Assembly: GCA_043759015.1 (NCBI GenBank) | Contig: JAYVMH010000257.1 | Coordinates: 1 to 41,112, forward strand | DNA length: 41,112 nucleotides | Source: Actinomycetota bacterium | GTDB lineage: Bacteria; Actinomycetota; Acidimicrobiia; Acidimicrobiales; Ilumatobacteraceae | Direction of reading: 5' to 3' | Part shown: positions 9,256-16,403 of the stretch, one piece after another | How the letters are laid out: each line of letters begins with the position of its first letter | How positions within the stretch are numbered: position 1 is the first letter of the stretch | Made by a program: the position numbers and the translations under genes | The notes under the pieces: model-generated | Seen by the model: only the letters and a program-made list of their open reading frames with translations | Databases searched by the model: none | Told to the model about the DNA's origin: nothing

Positions 9256-9938
9256 TATGAAGCGTCGAACCCGACGAACCTGACGTCGTCGTCGTCGGCC
9301 GACCGTCGCGACACGACGTGGTTCGCCACGAACTCGTCGTCCGGCCAGCCCATCGCCACGCAGGTCATGATCACTTCGTCCTCGGGGATGTTCGCGTGCT
9401 CGCGGACCACCGAGGACTGCATGATCCCCTGACCGTTGATCACACAACCCAGCCCCTTCGATGTGGCGGCCAGCACGAGACCGTAGGTGGCGGCGCCGCA
9501 GTCGAAGTGAGCCACGGTGTCGTCGGCGAGCTCCCGGTCGATGGTGATCACCACCGACACCGGCGCGTCGAACTGCCGGAAGCCACGCATGACCCAGTCC
9601 TGGCGCCCGGCCTTGTCGTCCCGCTCGATGCCCATGGCCTCGAAGAGCTGCACCGCGATCTCGACCTGGCGCGCCCGGTGCACCCCTTGGTAGCCGTGGC
9701 CACTCATCTTGATCTCGCGATCCACCGACGCGCCCGCCAGCATCCGCTCGGCGTTGCCCGAGCGGATCCGTTCGAGCGGAGCGCCCGTGATGGCGTGGAA
9801 GTTCCAGGGTTGGGTGTTCATCGAGGACGGTGCCCGCTTGGCGATGGCGATGATCTCGCTCATCAGCTCCTGAGACACGGGATCCGGCGTGAATCCGCGG
9901 GTGCTGCGCCGAGCCGCGACGAGTGCTTCAAAGTCCAT
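9255..9938 (-). CDS. nitroreductase-family protein
   Basis: 227 aa: MDFEALVAARRSTRGFTPDPVSQELMSEIIAIAKRAPSSMNTQPWNFH... This is the classical nitroreductase N-terminus. Confidence 0.92.
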   Translation of the reverse strand: MDFEALVAARRSTRGFTPDPVSQELMSEIIAIAKRAPSSMNTQPWNFHAITGAPLERIRSGNAERMLAGASVDREIKMSGHGYQGVHRARQVEIAVQLFEAMGIERDDKAGRQDWVMRGFRQFDAPVSVVITIDRELADDTVAHFDCGAATYGLVLAATSKGLGCVINGQGIMQSSVVREHANIPEDEVIMTCVAMGWPDDEFVANHVVSRRSADDDDVRFVGFDAS

Positions 9939-10033
9939 TCGAGATGCCTCCGGTTCCGTGTTCGCCCCATTCTGTGGTGGAACGAGGGTTGCACCACCAA
10001 TCGAGCAGGGCGGACGGACACGCCATCGTTGTA

Positions 10034-10054
10034 ATAACTGACTTAGTCAGTTAT
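10034..10054. promoter_or_regulatory. perfect 21-bp AT-rich palindrome, probable TetR operator
   Basis: ATAACTGACT-T-AGTCAGTTAT has 10+1+10 arms that are all complementary. It ends 1 nt before the TetR ATG (10056) and lies in the 117-nt divergent region shared with the nitroreductase gene. Confidence 0.7.
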
Positions 10055-10055
10055 C

Positions 10056-10769
10056 ATGCTCGGCATGGCTCGCATCGCCCCGTCGGATCGGTTGGAGCAG
10101 CTGATCGCAGCGGCGGCCGCGGCGTTCGTGGAGCACGGCTTCGAGCGCACCCAGATGGACGACATCGCCAATCGCCTCGGCGTCTCGAAGGGCACGATCT
10201 ACCGGTCGGTCGCATCGAAGGAGGCCCTCTTCGCCGCGGTGCTCATCCACGCCGATGACCCAGCGCCCTTGAGTGGCGTCGGTGCGCTCGACCCCGTCGA
10301 GTGGTCGGACCTGTCGGTGCTGCTGCGTGACGAGCTCGCCAGGAGGGTCCAGTCCCTCGGTCTTGCGTCGACGGTCGCGTCACGGACCAGATCGACCCGC
10401 CCCTTCGTCGGCGACATCGGTGAGGAGATCGCGGCGCTGACCCGGGGCGCGTACTCGATGATGGCCGAACGGCGGGTCGCGGTGATGGTTCTGGATCGGT
10501 GTGCATCGGAGATCCCCGGCATCACCGTCGGTTGGTACGACCACGGACGCTACGCGCTCGTCGATCTGTGGGCTCGCTACCTCGACCTGCGCCGCGAGCA
10601 CATCTCCACCGCGGTCGAGCATGACGTGCTCGCCCGCACGATCGTCGAGATCATCACCCTGTGGGCCGTCAAGATGCCCTGGGACCCCGCCCCCCGTCCG
10701 TACCCGCACGACCTCGGCGAAGCGTGCGCCGCAATGATCCGAGCGCTCGTCACCGGAGGCACCCCTTGA
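10056..10769 (+). CDS. TetR/AcrR-family transcriptional regulator
   Basis: N-terminal HTH: RLEQLIAAAAAAFVEHGFERTQMDDIANRLGVSKGTIYRSVASKEALF. An alternative start exists at 10065. Confidence 0.92.
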   Translation: MLGMARIAPSDRLEQLIAAAAAAFVEHGFERTQMDDIANRLGVSKGTIYRSVASKEALFAAVLIHADDPAPLSGVGALDPVEWSDLSVLLRDELARRVQSLGLASTVASRTRSTRPFVGDIGEEIAALTRGAYSMMAERRVAVMVLDRCASEIPGITVGWYDHGRYALVDLWARYLDLRREHISTAVEHDVLARTIVEIITLWAVKMPWDPAPRPYPHDLGEACAAMIRALVTGGTP

Positions 10770-11449
10770 CCACCCGCATCCCGACCACTCCCGGCAGTTC
10801 GCCTGACCCGACCCGGCCTGGCGCCGTCAATCGCGTCCGATCCCGTCAGGCGGGCCACCCTTCGGGCTGGCTCGGGCGGATCATCGGGCGCGTCATGGTG
10901 AAGGACACCGCCGCGGCCAACGACCGTGCCATCGCCTTGCTCCACCTCACCGAACCTTCCACGGTTCTCGAGATCGGGTTCGGCCAGGGCCGCACCGTCG
11001 GCGCGCTCGTCGCCGCCGGTCACCGAGTGCTCGGCGCTGACGCCTCGGCCACGATGGTCGCGCAGGCGACCGCCCGGAATCGTCGGGCGTGCGTCGACGG
11101 GCGGGCGCAACTCGTGCACTCGGACGGCACCACCGTCGCATTCCCTGACGGGAGCGCCGACGCGGCGCTCACCGTGCACACCGTCTACTTCATGGCCGAT
11201 GCGTCAGCGACGATCGCCGAGGTTGCCCGGGTCCTCCGACCGGGCGGCCGCTTCGTCGTGGCCTGCCGGGTCGGCGACGACCCCATGCCGGCATGGATGG
11301 ACGGCGTCGTCTACCGGATCCCGACCATCGCCCGGATCCGCTCCCTGCTCGAGGGCGCCGGCTTCACCGAGATCGCCCATCATCCCGGGAGCGCAGCAAC
11401 CCACGACACCCACTGGTTCAGCGGTGACCTCGAGCGGCGATCGGCGTAG
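10766..11449 (+). CDS. class I SAM-dependent methyltransferase
   Basis: Contains VLEIGFGQGRTVGALVAAGHRVLGADAS (motif I) and VLRPGGRFVV. I propose a TTG start at 10766 that overlaps the TetR stop (TTGA), with GGAGG at 10755-10759. The first ATG/alt start in the ORF track (10661) would overlap the TetR gene. Confidence 0.8.
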   Translation: MTTRIPTTPGSSPDPTRPGAVNRVRSRQAGHPSGWLGRIIGRVMVKDTAAANDRAIALLHLTEPSTVLEIGFGQGRTVGALVAAGHRVLGADASATMVAQATARNRRACVDGRAQLVHSDGTTVAFPDGSADAALTVHTVYFMADASATIAEVARVLRPGGRFVVACRVGDDPMPAWMDGVVYRIPTIARIRSLLEGAGFTEIAHHPGSAATHDTHWFSGDLERRSA

Positions 11450-11450
11450 C

Positions 11451-11855
11451 TCAGGCGGATGGGCGGCTGCTTCGGCCCCCGTCGCAGACGCAGAACTCGT
11501 TGCCTTCCGGATCGGCCATGACGAGCCACGTGTTGCCGTGTTCGTGGCACGGTTCGGTGCCGACGATGCTTCCGCCGAGGGCTTGGAGCCGGGCTGCCTC
11601 GGCCCGGATGTCGTCGGCGTCGATGTCGAGGTGCATCCGGTTCTTCCCACTCCGGGGTTCGGTGACGCGCTGGAGGAGGAGCTTCGGTCCGTTCCCGGCG
11701 CGCGGGGAGAGCGCGACGTAGGCGCCGGCGGCGCCGGCGACGACGTAGTCGAGTGCGGCGGACCAGAACGGGGCGAGGCGGTCGGGGTCGGCGCAGTCGA
11801 GCACGAGCCCGAAGCGGTGGCGGATGCGATCGGTCATGTCCGTGCCTCCAGTCAT
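11451..11855 (-). CDS. VOC/glyoxalase-like domain protein
   Basis: Contains RHRFGLVLDCADPDRLAPFWSAALDYV...LLLQRVTEPRSGKNRMHLDIDADD...ADPEGNEFCV. The ATG at 11855 overlaps the upstream ArsR stop (ATGA). An alternative ATG at 11837 has a GGAGG 7 nt upstream. Confidence 0.85.
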   Translation of the reverse strand: MTGGTDMTDRIRHRFGLVLDCADPDRLAPFWSAALDYVVAGAAGAYVALSPRAGNGPKLLLQRVTEPRSGKNRMHLDIDADDIRAEAARLQALGGSIVGTEPCHEHGNTWLVMADPEGNEFCVCDGGRSSRPSA

Positions 11856-12547
11856 GAGGCGATCTCCTCGGTCGGGTGGGGTTCGGTGGGCAGGCGGGCG
11901 TTGCGCCACTCTGGATAGCCGTCCACGAGGCGTCGCGCACGCCGTCCGCGGCGGCGGAGGAGTTGGACGGCATCATCGGCGAACACGCAGTACGGGCCGC
12001 GGCAGTACGCGATGATCTCGATGTCGGAGGGCAGGTTGCGGATCTGTTCGGCGAGGCGCGCGATGGGGATCGAGAGCGCGCCGGCCACGTGGCCGGCGGC
12101 GTACTCGGTGTCGGGTCGGACGTCGATGACGATGACGTCCCCGTCGGCGATCCGGCGGACCAGTTCATCGCGCGGGATCTGCTCGAGGTCGTCACGATGG
12201 CCGAGGTAGGCGGCGGCCAGGTCGTCGATGGTGGCGTGGTGGGAGGCTGCGACAGACCGCAGTGCGGCCCACAGCGCGGCGACCTGGTCCGAGGCGAGTC
12301 GGTAGTAGATGCGGGTGCCGTCGCGTCGGGTCGTGACGAGGCCGACCGTGGCGAGCGCGCGGAGGTGGAACGAGGTGTTGGCGACGCTCTGGCCGATCTC
12401 GGCGGCGAGCTCGTCGACGTGGCGTTCGCCCTGGGCGAGGACATCGACGAGCTCCGCCCGTCGGCCGTTGCCGAGCGCTCTGGCGACCTCGGCGAAGCCG
12501 TCGAACAGCGCGTCCTTCTTTTCGCGATCGCCCACCATCACCACCAT
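11852..12547 (-). CDS. ArsR/SmtB-family transcriptional regulator fused to a C-terminal rhodanese domain
   Basis: The wHTH is ELVDVLAQGERHVDELAAEIGQSVANTSFHLRALATVGLVTTRRDGTRIYYRL. It is followed by a rhodanese module with the active-site loop IIAYCRGPYCVFA. This is the C-terminal third of a spurious 677-aa ORF in the track. Confidence 0.9.
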   Translation of the reverse strand: MVVMVGDREKKDALFDGFAEVARALGNGRRAELVDVLAQGERHVDELAAEIGQSVANTSFHLRALATVGLVTTRRDGTRIYYRLASDQVAALWAALRSVAASHHATIDDLAAAYLGHRDDLEQIPRDELVRRIADGDVIVIDVRPDTEYAAGHVAGALSIPIARLAEQIRNLPSDIEIIAYCRGPYCVFADDAVQLLRRRGRRARRLVDGYPEWRNARLPTEPHPTEEIAS

Positions 12548-12548
12548 G

Positions 12549-12608
12549 CTCAAAGACCTGCTTGACAATCTACCCCCCTCGTCGCGAGCATTCAAGCAGT
12601 TGTTTGAG
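12549..12608. promoter_or_regulatory. divergent promoter/operator region with a 17-nt imperfect inverted repeat
   Basis: The arms are ctcaaagacctgcttga (12549-12565) and tcaagcagttgtttgag (12592-12608), 15/17 complementary and 26 nt apart. On the minus strand there is a TTGAAT (12595-12590), a 17-nt spacer, then TAGATT (12572-12567). On the plus strand TTGACA sits at 12562-12567. Confidence 0.45.
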
Positions 12609-12616
12609 GAGGTCGT

Positions 12617-13963
12617 GTGCGTGTCCATCCGTTCGTCGATGAGGGCCTCGGCCATTCGTCGTACCTGATCGACCTCGGCGACGGCACCGCCGCTGTCGTC
12701 GATCCGCCGCGCTTCCCGACGGCACACGAGCGCATGGCCCGATCCCTCGGATTGACGGTGGCGTGGACGCTCGACACCCACTCCCACGCCGACTACGTGA
12801 CCGGCAGCCCGGCGCTCGCCGCCCGGGCGGGGGCGGCGTTCGTCGCGCCGGCCGCGTCGCGCCTCGACTCGCGCCATCGCCCGGTACGTGATGGGGAGCA
12901 CGTCGGTCTGGCGGATGGGGTCGAGCTCGTGGCGGTGGCGACACCCGGCCACACGCCCGACCATCACGCGTACGTGCTGCTGGGGCACGGGGCACCGCTG
13001 GCACTGTTCTCCGGCGGGTCGCTGATGGTGGGTACCGTGGGCCGGACCGACCTGTGCGGCCCGGATCTCGCCGTGCCGCTGGCGCACGAGATGTTCGCCG
13101 GGCTGCGGCGTTTCGATGACCTTCCCGGGGATCTGCCGGTGTACCCGACCCACGGAGCCGGCTCGTTCTGCTCTGCGCCGGGCGCGTCGCGGCGGACGTC
13201 GACGTTGGCCCGTGAGCGGGCGACGAACCCGCTGTTCTCGATCCTCGACGAGGACCGCTTCGTCGAGCAGCTCGTCGCTGGTTTCGGCACGTTCCCGAGC
13301 TACTTCGCCCGCCTCCCGGAGCTGAACCGTCGGGGTCCGGCTCGCTACGACTCGATCCCACGATTGGCTGAGCTCGACCATGACCGCGTCGATCGCCACA
13401 TGAGCGGAGGGGGCGTGGTGGTCGATGCCCGGCCGATCGCCTCGTTCGCAGCCGCTCATGTACCGGGGTCGCTGTCCAATGCGTTGCGCCCGGTCTTCGC
13501 CAGTTGGCTCGGGTGGCTGGTCGAGGCCGATCGACCGCTCGCGTTCGTGCTGGACGAGGGCCAGGACCGAGACGAGCTGGTGCGTCAGTGTCTCGACGTC
13601 GGCCACGAGAACCTCGTCGGCGTGGTGGCTGGCGGCATCGACTCCTGGGGCGCCGCAGGTCGCCCGCTGAGCACCATCCCACTGGTCGACACCGCCGGCG
13701 TGGTCGGGCGGATCGTCGATGTCCGCCAGGCCAACGAGTACGCCTCCGGTCACCTCCCGGCGGCCGAGAACATCGAGCTCGGCGCCGTTCAGGGCGCAGG
13801 GTTGCCGGGCGGCCCGGTCACGGTGATGTGCGGCCACGGCGAGCGCGCCATGTCGGGGGCGAGCATCCTGGTGGCGAACGGGCACACCGAGGTGGTCGTC
13901 CTCGATGGCGGGCCCGAGTCCTGGTCAGCCGAGACCGGGCGGCCGCTGGCGACGGGACGATGA
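12617..13963 (+). CDS. MBL-fold hydrolase fused to two rhodanese domains (persulfide dioxygenase-sulfurtransferase type)
   Basis: GTG 12617 follows GAGGAGG. The protein contains GHSSYLIDLGDGTAAVVDP and the metal motif LDTHSHADYVTGS. Two rhodanese-like modules follow (VVVDARPIASFAAAHVPGS...; IVDVRQANEYASGHLPAAENI...VTVMCGHGERA). Confidence 0.9.
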   Translation: MRVHPFVDEGLGHSSYLIDLGDGTAAVVDPPRFPTAHERMARSLGLTVAWTLDTHSHADYVTGSPALAARAGAAFVAPAASRLDSRHRPVRDGEHVGLADGVELVAVATPGHTPDHHAYVLLGHGAPLALFSGGSLMVGTVGRTDLCGPDLAVPLAHEMFAGLRRFDDLPGDLPVYPTHGAGSFCSAPGASRRTSTLARERATNPLFSILDEDRFVEQLVAGFGTFPSYFARLPELNRRGPARYDSIPRLAELDHDRVDRHMSGGGVVVDARPIASFAAAHVPGSLSNALRPVFASWLGWLVEADRPLAFVLDEGQDRDELVRQCLDVGHENLVGVVAGGIDSWGAAGRPLSTIPLVDTAGVVGRIVDVRQANEYASGHLPAAENIELGAVQGAGLPGGPVTVMCGHGERAMSGASILVANGHTEVVVLDGGPESWSAETGRPLATGR

Positions 13964-15213
13964 GCGCGCCGGCGGGGGAGGTGCCGCTGCGGCTGGGGTT
14001 GAGGCAGAACATCGCCCAGTTCTCGCTCCTCGTCGGGGTCAACGCGCTCGTCGGCGGGATGATCGGTCAGGAACGCACCGTGCTGCCCCTGCTCGCCAAG
14101 CAGGCGTTCGGTCTCACTGCGTTCACGGCGACGCTCACGTTCATCGTGGCGTTCGGCGCGGTCAAGGCGGCGACGAACTTCTTTGCCGGGACCCTCTCCG
14201 ATCGCCACGGCCGCAAGCCCGTGCTCGTCGCCGGCTGGTTGTTCGCGCTGCCGGTGCCGCTGCTGCTCATCTGGGCGCCGACGTGGGGCTGGGTGGTGTT
14301 CGCCAACGTGCTCCTGGGTGTGAACCAGGGCCTGACCTGGTCGACCACGGTGATCATGAAGATCGACCTCGTCGGACCGGCCCGTCGGGGGTTCGCCATG
14401 GGGCTCAACGAGGCTGCCGGCTACGGCGCCGTCGCCGTCACCGCACTCGTGACCGGCTACATCGCCCAACACGCCGGCCTGCGCCCCGAACCGTTCTTCC
14501 TCGGCATCGCCTACGCCGGCCTCGGCCTCGGCCTGTCGGTGTTCCTCGTGCGCGAGACCCATGCCCACGCCCGTCACGAGGCGGCCACCCACGTGGCGTC
14601 CCCGTCCGGCCATGCCGACGGGCTCAGCACCGCCGAGATCTTCCGACTCACCTCGTTCCGGGACAAGGCGTTGTCGTCGTGCTCGCAGGCCGGGCTGGTC
14701 AACAACCTCAACGACGGGCTCGCCTGGGGTCTGTTCCCCATCTTCTTCGCCGCCTCCGGCCTCTCCATCGCTCGCGTCGGTGTGCTCGCGGCGCTCTACC
14801 CTGCGGTGTGGGGGCTCGGGCAGCTCTACACCGGCGGCCTTTCCGATCGCGTCGGGCGCAAGCCCCTCATCGCCGGTGGGATGCTCACCCAGGCCGCCGC
14901 CATCGCCTGGATCGCCGCCTCGGGCAGCTTCGTGACCTGGGCCGTCGGGGCGATGGTGCTCGGTGCCGGGACCGCCATGGTCTACCCGACCCTGCTCGCC
15001 GCCGTCGGCGACGTCGCCCACCCCGCCTGGCGTGCCCGATCCGTCGGCGTCTATCGGCTGTGGCGCGACGGCGGGTTCGCCATCGGCGCGCTCCTCGCCG
15101 GGGTGCTCGCCGACCTCGTCTCCATCCCCGCCGCCATCTACGCGGTCGCCGCGCTCACTGCCCTGTCCGGTCTGGTCGTCGCCGTCCGCATGTACGAGAC
15201 GCACCCACGATGA
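13960..15213 (+). CDS. MFS transporter
   Basis: ATG 13960 overlaps the upstream stop (ATGA). The protein has about 12 hydrophobic segments and the MFS loop GTLSDRHGRKPV, repeated as GGLSDRVGRKPL in the second half. Confidence 0.9.
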   Translation: MSAPAGEVPLRLGLRQNIAQFSLLVGVNALVGGMIGQERTVLPLLAKQAFGLTAFTATLTFIVAFGAVKAATNFFAGTLSDRHGRKPVLVAGWLFALPVPLLLIWAPTWGWVVFANVLLGVNQGLTWSTTVIMKIDLVGPARRGFAMGLNEAAGYGAVAVTALVTGYIAQHAGLRPEPFFLGIAYAGLGLGLSVFLVRETHAHARHEAATHVASPSGHADGLSTAEIFRLTSFRDKALSSCSQAGLVNNLNDGLAWGLFPIFFAASGLSIARVGVLAALYPAVWGLGQLYTGGLSDRVGRKPLIAGGMLTQAAAIAWIAASGSFVTWAVGAMVLGAGTAMVYPTLLAAVGDVAHPAWRARSVGVYRLWRDGGFAIGALLAGVLADLVSIPAAIYAVAALTALSGLVVAVRMYETHPR

Positions 15214-15599
15214 CCAGTCACGGCGGTGAGATCCACCCGATCGATGAGATCCTCGCTGCTGCACGCGCACGCCTGGATCGTGTCGAGCCGTACGCTCTGG
15301 AGACGGAGCGACTCGCGGGGGCGCTCATCGTCGACACGCGCCCCGTCCAGCAACGCCAGCGTGACGGCGAGCTGCCTGGCGCGGTCGTGATCGATCGGAA
15401 CGTCCTCGAGTGGCGTCTCGACCCCGCGTGCGATCATCACATCGCCCAGGTCACCAACTACGACGTGCGCGTGATCGTGGTCTGCAACGAGGGGTACAGC
15501 TCCAGTCTCGCGGCGGCCATGCTGCGCGAGATCGGCCTGCACCGCGCAACCGATCTCGCCGGCGGCTACCAGGCCTGGATCGAACAGGGCCGGCCGTAG
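15210..15599 (+). CDS. single-domain rhodanese-like sulfurtransferase
   Basis: ATG 15210 overlaps the MFS stop (ATGA). The protein contains ALIVDTRPVQQRQRDGELPGAVVI...VIVVCNEGYSSSLAAAMLREIG...GGYQAW. Confidence 0.88.
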   Translation: MTSHGGEIHPIDEILAAARARLDRVEPYALETERLAGALIVDTRPVQQRQRDGELPGAVVIDRNVLEWRLDPACDHHIAQVTNYDVRVIVVCNEGYSSSLAAAMLREIGLHRATDLAGGYQAWIEQGRP

Positions 15600-15807
15600 A
15601 CCGGATCGGTGTCGGGCGCCCCCTATGACCCCGACCCAAGCGTGGCCACAGACGTGTGCCGCTGGTGAGGGCTGAGCGCTCGCCTCGCGGCCACCGTAGG
15701 GTGCAGGTACCGGAGCCAGTCGTCCGGACGTCCGAATTCCGGCAGGTCGCTACCGGCGAGTGCCACCCCCAGTGTCAGTGGCCCCGCGGCGCTGATAGGT
15801 TCGATGC

Positions 15808-16227
15808 ATGGCCGGTCGGTTCGTTCGCGTGGTCGTTGCGGCGACCGCCGTCGTCCTTTCGCTGCTGTTACTGCTCTGCGTCGTGCTCGCTGACCACCAC
15901 GGGCCCGAGGCCTCGTCGGTCACCTCGACAGTCGCAGTCTCGGCCCGCGCTTCTAGCGACCTGGCAAGTCACGATCATGGTTCGTCTCATGAAGACGGCC
16001 GTAGCAGCAGTGGGTGCGCACTCGCCGATGTGGTCGCGGCGATCGGTCTTCCCGGTCCTCACGGCTCGTCGTCGATCCCGATGGTCCTGGCGGTGGTCCT
16101 CCTGGGGCTGCTGGGTACGTTCGGGGGCGTCAGTCAGCGACTCGTCGGGTTCGGCATCGCGTCGCCGAGCCGATCCCGGCGGAGCAACGCGCCCGCACTC
16201 GCCGCACTCTGCATCTCGCTGACGTAG
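15808..16227 (+). CDS. small two-TM membrane protein with HH and Cys motifs and a conserved C-terminal tail (paralogue of 26909-27301)
   Basis: MAGRFVRVVVAATAVVLSLLLLLCVVLADHH...SSGCALADVVAAIG...second TM...SRSRRSNAPALAALCISLT. It shares architecture and a C-terminal DNA/protein block with 26909-27301. A TAGGTT hexamer ends 6 nt before the ATG. Confidence 0.65.
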   Translation: MAGRFVRVVVAATAVVLSLLLLLCVVLADHHGPEASSVTSTVAVSARASSDLASHDHGSSHEDGRSSSGCALADVVAAIGLPGPHGSSSIPMVLAVVLLGLLGTFGGVSQRLVGFGIASPSRSRRSNAPALAALCISLT

Positions 16228-16403
16228 AGCAAGCGGTTCCGCGCAGATCGATGGTGCCGTGCTGTCCAGGGTTCGGGCTCCCTGAGGTCACATCGACGAG
16301 CCCCCGACGGTCCGACACCGCCCCGATCATCGGCCCCTGAGCCTGGTGGTCGCTCGACTTCTGTATCTGGATCGAGGTCACTCGACATCAAGGGGAGGCG
16401 TAA

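Noticed and set aside
11852-13885. A 677-aa minus-strand ORF.
   Set aside because: Only its last 231 residues (from ATG 12547) form the ArsR-rhodanese protein. The upstream part is antisense to the MBL-rhodanese gene and has no protein-like features.
15790-15805. tRNA-like GGTTCGA strings at 15797, 27061 and 296.
   Set aside because: None is embedded in a cloverleaf-capable ~75-nt context; they lack acceptor stem complementarity and D-loop GG. Two of the three lie inside well-supported CDSs.
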